The position numbers and the translations under genes are program-made. From an uncultured Methanoregulaceae archaeon (GTDB lineage: Archaea > Halobacteriota > Methanomicrobia > Methanomicrobiales > Methanospirillaceae), in the NCBI GenBank assembly GCA_963701095.1, contig OY969564.1:1536001-1600000 (forward strand): DNA of 64,000 nucleotides. Reading direction: 5' to 3'. Numbering within the stretch: the stretch's first letter is position 1; each line of letters begins with the position of its first letter. The notes below the pieces were generated by a model that saw only the letters and a program-made list of their open reading frames with translations, ran no database searches and was not told the origin of the DNA. Shown here in pieces: positions 32,877-43,157 of the stretch.

Positions 32877-32901
32877 TTAGTTTGGGTTTACCTAATAATA
32901 A
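32877..32901. promoter_or_regulatory. Putative MarR operator upstream of marR
   Basis: TTAGTTTGGGTTTACCTAATAATAA, shares TTAGTTTG-nn-TTTACCTAA with 32403-32421. Confidence 0.65.
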
Positions 32902-33054
32902 AGATTCGTATTCACACGTTAAAAACTTTCAAAAAGTGAGAAAGGATCGGTATTTTCTGAACGCCGATTGTCTTCACCGTGAAAAGTCTAAAAACAGGGA
33001 TTGCAGGAATTTTTCGGCGGAGATTATTTATTCCGAGTTTAATCAATTGCTATT

Positions 33055-33474
33055 ATGGATGCGAACACTATTTTAAAAAAATATGAAACGGCAGTATATC
33101 TTGTCCTTATCACGCTTTTTGCGATTATCGTTGCCTTCTCGATTGGGGAACTGATTTATATCCTTTATAATTCACTTTTTGTCAACTCTCCATTTCTTCT
33201 GGAGAATAACGAACTATTGGGCCTGTTCGGTTATTTCCTTCTCGTACTTATCGGCGTGGAGCTTCTGGCAACGGTCGCGGCATATGTCAATGAAAAGGTA
33301 ATCCGTGTAGAAGTAGTAATCCTGATCGCTATAATAGCAATCGCCCGGAATGTCATTCTCCTCGACCCGACGGCAATGGAACCATTGAACATGTTCGGAA
33401 TATCTGCGATTATATTCGCGCTCTGTTCAGGGTATTTTTTCCTCAAGAAAGCGGGGCTCGGTAAACAGGATTGA
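33055..33474 (+). CDS. PsiE-family membrane protein
   Basis: LLVLIGVELLAT, IAIIAIARNVI; four TM helices. Confidence 0.8.
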   Translation: MDANTILKKYETAVYLVLITLFAIIVAFSIGELIYILYNSLFVNSPFLLENNELLGLFGYFLLVLIGVELLATVAAYVNEKVIRVEVVILIAIIAIARNVILLDPTAMEPLNMFGISAIIFALCSGYFFLKKAGLGKQD

Positions 33475-33583
33475 CTTGATCTATGCAAGAGAATGCCTCC
33501 AAGACTAATCCGAGAGAGAAAATGAACAGTAATTATCTTTTCCGGTTATGAGAACACCCCTAGAGAATCATCCTTTTATTTTA

Positions 33584-34491
33584 TCATACTTCTATATCGT
33601 AAACCGCATGCCACTGGCCAGGTGAATATGACCGCACAATGCGCTCGGTCACTTCTGTAGCACCAAGCTCATATATCCTGTCGATATGCTCACCTTCCCG
33701 AGATACCAGCGAATAGAAATGAATCATGCCCCCGTGCCTGATAAGCCTGAATGCATCGGTCAAAAAATCAGTCCCGGCAAGCGGGAGGTTCATGATGATC
33801 CGGTCGAATTTCCATGGCAGAGTACTCCTGAGCCGACAGGCATCTGCAAGGAGAGGGAGAATATTGGTGGCTTTGTTTTTCCGGATATTTTCGATCAACA
33901 TGAGGACTGCCTTGGGATTGAGATCTACTGCCACAATGAACGCCGCATGTGGAGCAAGGGTTATTGCAAACGGGCCAACCCCGGTAAACATGTCGAGCAC
34001 GTTTTCGTTATTCCGAGTCTTTTCTGCGATGCGTTGGCGTTCTGTTGAAAGCCGGGATGAGAAATATGCATTGGCAAGGTCAATTTTATACCGGTGCCCG
34101 TATTCATTAACTTCTGTTAGTGTCGTGTCATTTCCGGCAAGAACCATATAGTCCCGGGTGCGGTACTTCCCCGAGACTTCGCTTTGCGGAAAGAGAACCG
34201 TGTGCAGAGAAGGCCGGGAAGCAAGGATCGCCTCTGCCCCTTTCGGATCATTATCCTGCATAATGGCTATCCCCCCCACAAGTTCATGACGGGGAAGGGA
34301 GATGCGGCCGGGTTGATCTTCGAAAACATACCGTGATGTTCCCTCACGTGCTTCTTGGACGGGAAAGACCAGAAACTCTCCATCATGCAGCACCTTAAAC
34401 GTCAGATCGAGGGCACCGTCGCGGAGAAGTGCCTGCCGTACTTCTTCACCTTTTTTTGCCGGTACCTCAGTCCCCATTGTTCATTTGTCAT
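33584..34491 (-). CDS. trm5: Trm5/Met-10 family tRNA methyltransferase; probable 1-nt deletion ~34466
   Basis: YFSSRLSTER, DMFTGVGPF, DLNP, DRIIMNLP; likely N-terminus MTNEQWGLR(V)PAKK. Confidence 0.8.
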
Positions 34492-34537
34492 GAACCCAAC
34501 CACTGCGCCTATAATAGTTTACGTGCAACATGTATTC

Positions 34538-35810
34538 ATGGCTGGTGATGACGGGCACCACGATGCGAAAAAAGGACGGGATCAAGGAGAAGAAGCAGAG
34601 ATCCTGGCAAAACTGAGGGATGGATCCATCAAGATATACGAGCTCGAAAAACAGCTTCGACCTGTCGATGCGGTCAGGGTGCGCCGGGAGTTTATAGAAC
34701 AGGAAACCAGTACGACACTTGAAAATATAGGAATCTTTTCAATCGATGTCGACCGGGCGGCAACTAGGAACTGCGAGAATATGATCGGCACTGTGCAGGT
34801 GCCAGTTGGGGTCGCTGGACCACTTTCAATCAATGGCGAGTATGCAAAGGGCTCGTTCTGGCTTCCTTTAGCGACAACTGAAGGAGCGCTTGTGGCATCG
34901 GTGAACCGGGGAGCAGGCGCAATTACCAGAGCCGGCGGGGTTCAGGTACGTATTCTTCATGACGGCATGACACGGGCCCCGGTCTTTGCTGCGCAAAGTA
35001 TCGTACACGCAAAAGAGATTGCGGACTGGGCTGAAGCCCATACAAACGATCTTGCTGCCATTGCCCAGACAACGACCACTCATGGAAAAATGACCGGACT
35101 CATGTCTTTCATCGCGGGCACGAGCGTGTTTATCCGGCTTGAATTTGATACCAAAGATGCAATGGGTATGAATATGGTCACCATAGCCAGTGCAAAAGTA
35201 GCCGACGAGATTGTAAAAGCTACCGGAGCGAGGCTTATCGCACTTTCAGGAAATATGTGTTCCGACAAGAAACCGGCCGCTATCAATGGTATCCTGGGCA
35301 GGGGACGCAGTGTGATAGCTGGCATCGCGCTTTCCCATGATCTGATTGAGAAAATCTTAAAAACGGATGCACAAACGATGATCGAAGTGAACTACCGCAA
35401 GAATCTTGTCGGTTCGGCAAGAGCCGGTGCAATGGGGTTCAACGCCCATGCAGCTGAATATCGTAGCTGCTCTATTTATTGCCTGTGGTCAGGATGCAGC
35501 ACATGCAATCGATGGCAGCACATGCATGACAACAATTGATGCTACGGAGTCAGGAGTCTATGTCGCAGTCACACTTCCCTCACTCCCGGTAGGTACGGTG
35601 GGCGGCGGAACCGGAGTCGATACACAGAACGAGTGCCTTAAAATTCTTGGCGTCGCCGGAGGGGGGACTCCTCCGGGAACGAATGCTAAGAAGCTGGCTG
35701 AAATTATAGGTGCCGGAGTACTTGCCGGTGAACTGTCTCTCATTGGCGCCCTCGCTGCGCAGCATCTCGCCCGCGCCCATCAGGAACTCGGGAGGGGAGT
35801 GAAAAAGTAA
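34538..35810 (+). CDS. hmgA: HMG-CoA reductase (class I, NADPH); frameshift ~35456
   Basis: CENMIG, ATTEGALVAS, DAMGMNM, GQDAAH, VGTVGGGT, GELS. Confidence 0.95.
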
Positions 35811-35931
35811 GGAATATTTTGAGGGAACGGGCATCTTAAACACCAGTAAAAGGTCATATATCGCAGAATCAGAGAAAAGTAATCAGGCGTCCCTTTTATT
35901 GAGGGTTTGGATCGCTTCCTCTTTTTTTATT

Positions 35932-36426
35932 CTAGAACCGGAACCATTTCATCATGACAAGGGCATCTTCACCGTTTGCATAATAGCCGCCGACCTGAAA
36001 AACATTTTCGTACCCGAGGCGCCGGTAGAATCGCTGGGCAGGTGCATTTGATTCCCTGACTTCAAGCTGGCACCCGCTTGCGCTCTCAATCGCAAACTGG
36101 TGTTCAAGCCGGATCACCAGCTGTCGGCCGATACCTCTGCGCTGGAACGGTGCACTTACAGCAAAATTGCATATATGGCCATAGATATTTTCCCCGGTGT
36201 CCTCAAGAGCCCCGACAATAAAGCCGGCTATCTTTCCTTCGCACACTGCGACAAAATACGTAGTAGGGTAATAGGAAAGGGCTTCCGTGAAGATCTCCGC
36301 ATCCCAGGGATCAAGAAAAGCTTCTCGCTCGATCGCTACGATCGCCGGCACATCGGCAGGTACTGCCCGTCTGATAACCGGGATTGACGGGTGATATGCA
36401 AGAGAAGGGGAACGGATCATGGACAA
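35932..36426 (-). CDS. rimI: RimI-like N-acetyltransferase
   Basis: QRRGIG, LEVRESN..AQRFY, YYANGEDA. Confidence 0.88.
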   Translation of the reverse strand: MSMIRSPSLAYHPSIPVIRRAVPADVPAIVAIEREAFLDPWDAEIFTEALSYYPTTYFVAVCEGKIAGFIVGALEDTGENIYGHICNFAVSAPFQRRGIGRQLVIRLEHQFAIESASGCQLEVRESNAPAQRFYRRLGYENVFQVGGYYANGEDALVMMKWFRF

Positions 36427-36591
36427 GGTCCTTTTATTGCAGTATCATCAGTTACCCCATGGTACAATAAGCATTGCGCCCTAGATTGGGGCGTGCCTGA
36501 TCATGGTGGAGGGCATTTAGTCTTCGATTATATATGTGACCTCGCCCAAATCTATGAGAAAGTACGCCCGTTTTGGGCTTTGGTAGGTACC

Positions 36592-37857
36592 ATGGTAAAC
36601 GTCTATCGTTTTGCCGCAGTGCGTCCTGCACCCGGTGAGGCCTCATCTATTGCAGCTGTCCCGTACGATGTCGTCACTGCAGAAGAAGCACGGACGATCA
36701 TTAAAGCAAACCCGGAGAGTTTTCTTACAGTCAGCCGGTCAGACGCGGAACTTCCAGACATTCCTCCGGATGACAACCGGGTCTATGAGCGGGCTCGCGA
36801 CAATTTCCAAGCATATCTTGAAAATGGTCGCCTCAAAAAAGATGGCCGTCCTGCGATGTACGTGTACCGGATCTTGCAGGAAAACGATACATTTATCGGC
36901 CTGTGCTGCTGTCTTGATACCGAAGATTACCGTTCAAACAGGATCCGGCGCCATGAGTTGACCCGGTATGACAAAGAAGAGGACAGGACACGACATATCG
37001 ACGCGATAAAAGCCCACGACGGCCCTGTCGTGCTCCTGTATCGCGATCACGATCTCCTCTTTTCCTTTATTGAATCCCAAATATCAGAAAAAAAAATACC
37101 TGACGCGGAAGTGCATACATCTCATGGGGGTACCCACCAGATCTTTGAGATAACCGACCCGGTTGCACTCGACACGATTGAACACCGTTTTCAGGATATA
37201 GAAAATCTTTATATTGCAGATGGTCATCACCGCGCCAAAGCTGCGATCAACTTGGTTGACAGAATACGTGATTCTGGCTTGCCGGCAGAGGGTGAAATTA
37301 GCCGGTTCATGGGCGTACTCTTTGCTCACAATCGGGTAAAGATTCACGGCTACAGCCGGCTACTTGCTGACATTGGGACATTTGATACTGAAACTTTCCT
37401 TAACGGACTCACGGAATACTTCAAAGTAACACCCTATGGGGATGTTGATGGGAATGGGTACAATATTCAGCCGCGCATTGCATGCCCGGAAAAATATCAC
37501 GTGATGCACCTTTACCTTCAAAAGAAATGGTACGAATGCACCCGGTTGATCGACCCGGCTGCATCCCTTCTTGAAGTTCTCGATGTCGCGGTACTTCAGG
37601 AACTCGTATTTAAAAAAATGTTTGGCATAACGGATCCCCGAGGTGACGCACGGCTCCAATATCTTGGAGGCGCCCGTCCTGTTGCCGATCTCGAGCGGCT
37701 CGTGGACAATGGTACCTATCGTCTTGCTTTTGCCATGCAGCCGGTCCGGGTTGGAACGGTTCTTTCCATTGCCGACGCCGGAGGAGTTATGCCTCCCAAA
37801 TCAACGTGGTTTGAGCCCAAGCTCTTAAGCGGGCTTGTGATACATTCATTTTCGTAA
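36592..37857 (+). CDS. DUF1015 family protein
   Basis: VPYDVV, RRHELT, YIADGHHR, MPPKSTWFEPKL. Confidence 0.9.
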   Translation: MVNVYRFAAVRPAPGEASSIAAVPYDVVTAEEARTIIKANPESFLTVSRSDAELPDIPPDDNRVYERARDNFQAYLENGRLKKDGRPAMYVYRILQENDTFIGLCCCLDTEDYRSNRIRRHELTRYDKEEDRTRHIDAIKAHDGPVVLLYRDHDLLFSFIESQISEKKIPDAEVHTSHGGTHQIFEITDPVALDTIEHRFQDIENLYIADGHHRAKAAINLVDRIRDSGLPAEGEISRFMGVLFAHNRVKIHGYSRLLADIGTFDTETFLNGLTEYFKVTPYGDVDGNGYNIQPRIACPEKYHVMHLYLQKKWYECTRLIDPAASLLEVLDVAVLQELVFKKMFGITDPRGDARLQYLGGARPVADLERLVDNGTYRLAFAMQPVRVGTVLSIADAGGVMPPKSTWFEPKLLSGLVIHSFS

Positions 37858-37906
37858 AAAACAGGAACCTGAACCTTTATTGTTTTTCCCGGAAAGGGAC
37901 TATGAT

Positions 37907-38779
37907 ATGATCACCCTTGCACTTCCCAAAGGCAGTCTTGAGGCCCAGACGCTCCAGCTCTTCAAAGAGGCCGATCTCGAAGTCAGACGAACTGACCGCG
38001 ACTACAATCCCCTTATTGCAGACTGCCGGATCAGCAAGGTAAAAATTCTGCGCCCGCAGGAAATCCCGACCTATGTGGACAAAGGGTATTTCGATCTCGG
38101 CATCTCTGGTCTTGACTGGGTCCGGGAAACTGGGGCAAATGTTGTTGAGGTGGCGGCTCTTTCCTACAGTAAGACCGGAGAAGGCAATGTGAAGATCGTA
38201 ATCGCAGTACACCGCGACGAACCGATTGAGGATGCTGCACAGATCCGGCCCGGCAGCCGAGTGACAACAGAATACCCGGAACTTACAAAGAACTATTTTG
38301 CTGATAGAAATATCCCTGTCCAGCTCTTTCACTCGTTTGGCGCGTCAGAAGCAAAAGTGCCCGACCTTATGGATGTAGTTGTAGATCTTACCGAGACGGG
38401 AACTACCCTAAGAAAAAACGGTCTCAAAATCATCGGGCAGATTATGGAATCACACACCGTAATAATTGCGAACAAGGAGGCGTGGGCGAATCCGGAAAAA
38501 CGACGTGATATCGAAGAGATCAAGACCCTGCTCTTTGGGGTACTCGAAGCCCGGCATAAGGTCCTCCTGACAATGAACGTCCCTACGGCAGCACTGGAGA
38601 AGATTGTCTCGGCACTTCCAGCTATGAAAAAGCCTACTGTAAGCCGGCTCCATGGTCTTGATTATTACAGTGTCCAGACAGTTGTGCAGAAAAGTGCAGT
38701 CAACGGTCTTATTCCGAAGCTTAAAGCATGCGGTGCAGAAGACATTCTCGAAATCCCTATCACAAAAATTGTGCCCTAA
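37907..38779 (+). CDS. hisG: ATP phosphoribosyltransferase (long form)
   Basis: LALPKGSL, RPQEIP, DLGISGLD, TETGTTLRKNGL, C-terminal regulatory domain. Confidence 0.93.
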   Translation: MITLALPKGSLEAQTLQLFKEADLEVRRTDRDYNPLIADCRISKVKILRPQEIPTYVDKGYFDLGISGLDWVRETGANVVEVAALSYSKTGEGNVKIVIAVHRDEPIEDAAQIRPGSRVTTEYPELTKNYFADRNIPVQLFHSFGASEAKVPDLMDVVVDLTETGTTLRKNGLKIIGQIMESHTVIIANKEAWANPEKRRDIEEIKTLLFGVLEARHKVLLTMNVPTAALEKIVSALPAMKKPTVSRLHGLDYYSVQTVVQKSAVNGLIPKLKACGAEDILEIPITKIVP

Positions 38780-38909
38780 TTTTTTTACCGCAATAATGCT
38801 GGTCTTTATTTTCTACGAATTGAGGGGGATCGTTCATCTGACGAAGTAAACGATACAGCGAACCAGATAAAAACAACATTTATATCACTTCAACCGTCAA
38901 AGCCCTTTA

Positions 38910-39497
38910 ATGAATATGATGCGATTTCCTGGCTTGTCCTGTCTGGTTGCTGGTCTGGTAATTCTGCTCTGTTTTGGTGCAGCGTGCATTTCAGGTCCCT
39001 CCGGACAGAGTCCGACAAACGCAACGCCGGTTCCGGGAGGAATAACTGTGCTTGGGGGAAACTATAGCAGTCAGCAAATGACATATACGCTCGATCAGGC
39101 CGAAACAGCCGTCATCCAGGAATACCAGGCGCAGGCAGGTGAGAATAACCAGTCAATCTTCTATATCCGGGGAGAGCATGTTGATAGTTCGGGTAAAGCA
39201 CAACGTTGGATTTTTGGCATCTACCTAGGGAATACCTCGACGATGCTTGTCTATGATAACAATGGTGTTTCCACGCTTGCCACGCCACCGGGATTGCCTG
39301 CACCTGAAACTATTCCTCCGAATGTTCTCACACCTGAAGATATCATGAAAATTGCTTCTTCCTCAGGTTCTCTCAACCTGAATGGGACTTCCCTGGTGCT
39401 CATGAACGGGCAATATACTATTACAGAAACCGGGTCAGGTCAGCAGGGAATTGTCATCAATGCAATAACAGGAGAGTTGATTACTACCCATGATTGA
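38910..39497 (+). CDS. Hypothetical lipoprotein/secreted protein
   Basis: Signal peptide ending GAAC; PepSY-like C-terminus INAITGELI. Confidence 0.7.
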   Translation: MNMMRFPGLSCLVAGLVILLCFGAACISGPSGQSPTNATPVPGGITVLGGNYSSQQMTYTLDQAETAVIQEYQAQAGENNQSIFYIRGEHVDSSGKAQRWIFGIYLGNTSTMLVYDNNGVSTLATPPGLPAPETIPPNVLTPEDIMKIASSSGSLNLNGTSLVLMNGQYTITETGSGQQGIVINAITGELITTHD

Positions 39498-40677
39498 TGA
39501 TGCCGGAAATCTCTCCATTGATTTTTTGGTCGGTTTCACCATCTTCATGATAACGCTCATCTATGTAGCAACATTGATCCCAACCCTCTTTATTGGTCTC
39601 AAGAGTAACACTATAGATTATGATGCAGTCGCCTACCGGACCGGGGTGATTCTCGCTGAAGATCCCGGCATGCCTTACAATCCCTCGTGGGAGACTCTCC
39701 CCAATACATCAGATAGTGATATCCTGCGGTTCGGTCTTGCGCTGTCAAAAGATACCCCTAATATTTTGACACCAGAAAAAATAACCCGGTTTTTCTGCAC
39801 GTCCGAATTTGTCTACCCTTCAGATTACCAGTCGAGGGCGGTCTTCGGAGACTATCCATACCAGTTCAATGTCTCCCTGCAGATGGCAGGAAGTAACGTA
39901 ACGCAATCAATCGGGGATGTCATACCAGACCAGGACTACGGGTACAGCCGACGGGTAATCAAGGTAAAGGAGCATAGTAACGCCACCCTTGATTTCTCTA
40001 ATTTCATAGTGATCCCGGGCCCAACTCCAGCGCCAGCAAGTAATCTACCCTTAAGAATTTACACGCAGAATGCAACCAATCAGGCATTCTCAATTTATTT
40101 CAATTACACGTATCTGCTCAATAATGGTTTCGATAATAACAACCCAGCGTACGAAATCAACCCCCTAGCACCATCGGGGTCAAACGGGATTATAGGTGGT
40201 GAGGGGGCACTCATCAACTTTACGGGTCTGCAACATCTCCCTAAGAACACAATTACGCCGACAAATATAAGCCTGACCACTATTTCAATATATTATTCCA
40301 AATCAATGGCCCCATTAGGGACAGGTCAGAATGCGTTTGAAGGTCCGGAATTACCTCCTTGGAATGTTACTCCGTTTGAATTATTTATCGACGGTAATAC
40401 CACATCTGCTACGACATTACCCATGAACGTAACAAATAATATATCGCTTTTCATACCACCGGGTTTACTTAGTTATGCAGGAGGGGATGACTCGAGCACT
40501 TTGCTGAATGTCACCCTGCAGTTTAACCTGACGGATGGCTACGGGAATCCACAATCGGACTGGTATCTTAACAGTACACAGGTCATGCCAGATGGTGCTT
40601 TTGAGTATAACTACACCAATCCCAATATCACCCAGCCCCACCTGGAAGATGGTGTCATGGAGGTGGCAGTATGGTAA
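39490..40677 (+). CDS. Large pilin-like protein (class III signal peptide-like)
   Basis: DDAG|NLSIDFLVG + hydrophobic helix; many N-x-S/T sequons. Confidence 0.7.
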   Translation: MIDDAGNLSIDFLVGFTIFMITLIYVATLIPTLFIGLKSNTIDYDAVAYRTGVILAEDPGMPYNPSWETLPNTSDSDILRFGLALSKDTPNILTPEKITRFFCTSEFVYPSDYQSRAVFGDYPYQFNVSLQMAGSNVTQSIGDVIPDQDYGYSRRVIKVKEHSNATLDFSNFIVIPGPTPAPASNLPLRIYTQNATNQAFSIYFNYTYLLNNGFDNNNPAYEINPLAPSGSNGIIGGEGALINFTGLQHLPKNTITPTNISLTTISIYYSKSMAPLGTGQNAFEGPELPPWNVTPFELFIDGNTTSATTLPMNVTNNISLFIPPGLLSYAGGDDSSTLLNVTLQFNLTDGYGNPQSDWYLNSTQVMPDGAFEYNYTNPNITQPHLEDGVMEVAVW

Positions 40678-41258
40678 ACGATCGAGGACAGCTTTTTACC
40701 ATTGAAGGAGTTGCCGCCGGCATGATCATGCTGTTTACTACCTATCTTGTCCTGAGCGCGACTACAATATACACACCAGGAGACAGCCATATCAGCGATA
40801 TGCAACTGGAGCAGATAGGTTCAGACGCATTGAATATGATGAACACCCCTTCTAATTGTACAAGTTCGTCCTGTGTGAGCCAGCTTCAGCAAATTGTTAA
40901 CGAATCTGATTATTCTCCCACAGGTATTCCCCTGCAGGATCTGCAATCTGCAATCGATTTCAATACGACATTCCTAAATTATATAAATAACAGGACAGGA
41001 TCAATGTCAGATAATCTCCATTACGAAGCATTTGTTGTTTTCAGGAATGACACTGATACGAATACAAATTCAACCTGGAGTTATCCCTTGGCATACAATC
41101 GTAACCTCACCGGCGTTGAACATCCGGTCCGGGTAACCGAATGGGTCATAATTGGACCCCCTAATTTCCCCGGTATTGTAATACCACCGACGGAACCACA
41201 TATGTATCTTCCGAAGCCCCGGGCAGTCCTTGTGGAGGTGCTCTTATGGCGGGATTAA
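40671..41258 (+). CDS. Pilin-like protein
   Basis: NDRG|QLFTIEGV + hydrophobic helix. Confidence 0.72.
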   Translation: MVNDRGQLFTIEGVAAGMIMLFTTYLVLSATTIYTPGDSHISDMQLEQIGSDALNMMNTPSNCTSSSCVSQLQQIVNESDYSPTGIPLQDLQSAIDFNTTFLNYINNRTGSMSDNLHYEAFVVFRNDTDTNTNSTWSYPLAYNRNLTGVEHPVRVTEWVIIGPPNFPGIVIPPTEPHMYLPKPRAVLVEVLLWRD

Positions 41259-41626
41259 GCGATGACGCACAATGGATCGTAATGATGGGGTTTGTCGTGA
41301 GCTTGAGTTTTTTCTTCCTAGCAATATTACTTAACCAATCTACTGTGGTTGGCCAGACAACGGCAGAAAGCGTCCTGGACTTTCCGAAAAATGATATCCG
41401 GGATGTAAGGGATGTAATGATCGAATCTGCCGAACTACTTAATGCTACTACGGATCCGATATCGGAAAGCCAGTATGCAACAATCCAGAATGATATCCAA
41501 ACACTTTCACTGAGTGAGAAAAAAGCGGTAGTCCAATATCAGATCATCAATTCCAATCCACTCTGGCTCAGCATTCACTACAATAACGGGGTGACTTCCT
41601 ACAATGAAACCTGGGTATCGCCGTAA
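41246..41626 (+). CDS. Pilin-like protein
   Basis: DDA|QWIVMMGFVV + hydrophobic helix. Confidence 0.65.
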   Translation: MAGLSDDAQWIVMMGFVVSLSFFFLAILLNQSTVVGQTTAESVLDFPKNDIRDVRDVMIESAELLNATTDPISESQYATIQNDIQTLSLSEKKAVVQYQIINSNPLWLSIHYNNGVTSYNETWVSP

Positions 41627-42059
41627 AAACCATGCAGAAACCGGTGTAAGTACCCTAATCGAGTACGTCATGATAACAACAATCATGATTATTCTCTTTG
41701 TTGTCGTATTACTGGAGGTAAACGCAAATTTCATGCAAGGACCGGCGGAAACATTGCAATACAATGCATTTACTGATATAGGAAACGGGATATCAACAAG
41801 AATAGTTGATGTGTACGCCATCGCGCCGACGACCGGGAATATCACTTCATCATTTACCCTTCCTGACGAAGTCGCGGGGCAGGATTATTTTGTCGATATT
41901 TATACCGGGGCGACGGCAGCAGATCAGGGAGTTATGGTCTACCATGGAAATATTATCAGCAATATCAGTATTGCGGGTATTAGCTCAACGCGGAATGTAA
42001 CAGGAAACACAACAGGAAGCGGAATAGATCAGATAAGTTATGACTCGCAGGGATTCTGA
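41604..42059 (+). CDS. Pilin-like protein
   Basis: ETG|VSTLIEYV + hydrophobic helix. Confidence 0.72.
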   Translation: MKPGYRRKNHAETGVSTLIEYVMITTIMIILFVVVLLEVNANFMQGPAETLQYNAFTDIGNGISTRIVDVYAIAPTTGNITSSFTLPDEVAGQDYFVDIYTGATAADQGVMVYHGNIISNISIAGISSTRNVTGNTTGSGIDQISYDSQGF

Positions 42060-42924
42060 AACGATGCAACCAGATAAGGAAAGAGCACACGGAAAGGACA
42101 GTGCGGTATCTGAAGCGATTGGATTCATCATTATCTTCGGCATAATTATAGCCGGGATCGGTATTGTCACCCTCTATGGTTATCCGATGCTTTTACAGCA
42201 GCAGTCCACCTCAAACGAACAGATCATGGAGAAAAATATGATCGTTTTGCAGAACGACCTTAAGAGTATTGCTTACAAAACAGTACCCTATACGGAAACC
42301 TCGCTGAATGTGGGCGGCGGGGCTCTCACGGTTTATAATATGACGTATGATAATGCTACTGAGTCGAATTTTTCGATTTATAATCAACAAGGTGTTTGGA
42401 ATGGTTTTGGGATTGCCCCGCCTTCAAATCCACTAATCGTTTCTACCGGTGATCTCCGTTATGAATCGATAAGCGAACAAACCGGTTTGTCACTTGAAAA
42501 CGGGGGTGTAGTCAAACGTTCGCTTTCTGAAAGTGGATCCTCAATGCTTGCCACACCCCGGTGGTATTATGACAGCCAGACCAATACCGCCGTTATCTAC
42601 CTGATTGAATTTGTAACGCCTTCGACCGATATCATGTCCCAGGAGGGCGTTGGTTCGGTGAAAATGGATCTCATTCTGACTAATTATTCTCAATTTCAGC
42701 TTGCACAAGGTGACACACTCTATGTCAAATACCTGCCAAATAACAACGCGGATTATTCCGCGGCGTGGGACAGTTATTTCACCGGGTCTCTAAATATGGT
42801 ACCCACGGGAAATCCGAATGAATATGAATGGCTCGGACCGCTTATGCCGCCGGCACAGCAAGTCCCTGCTTCAGGAGCTACAGTTGTAATCTACCAGTAC
42901 GAAGTAGCTATCGATAATATATAA
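42040..42924 (+). CDS. Archaeal pilin-like protein
   Basis: KDSA|VSEAIGFIIIFG typical archaeal pilin N-terminus. Confidence 0.78.
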   Translation: MTRRDSETMQPDKERAHGKDSAVSEAIGFIIIFGIIIAGIGIVTLYGYPMLLQQQSTSNEQIMEKNMIVLQNDLKSIAYKTVPYTETSLNVGGGALTVYNMTYDNATESNFSIYNQQGVWNGFGIAPPSNPLIVSTGDLRYESISEQTGLSLENGGVVKRSLSESGSSMLATPRWYYDSQTNTAVIYLIEFVTPSTDIMSQEGVGSVKMDLILTNYSQFQLAQGDTLYVKYLPNNNADYSAAWDSYFTGSLNMVPTGNPNEYEWLGPLMPPAQQVPASGATVVIYQYEVAIDNI

Positions 42925-43157
42925 CCCCATATCGTTCCGGAAAGATGACATTTCCAAATTCTTTTATTAAAACATTTTGAATTAAAAAACAATATAATGG
43001 CTTATGTTCAATAGAAATGCAGATCTAACGTCATATATGTACCAAAAAACCACCAAATTTTTGATATTTTCCTATTTCAAATGATATTTTAAGTTTTCAA
43101 GAAATCAATAAATATATATAATACGAGTGTAAATACCTAACTCAAAGGCGACGAGAC

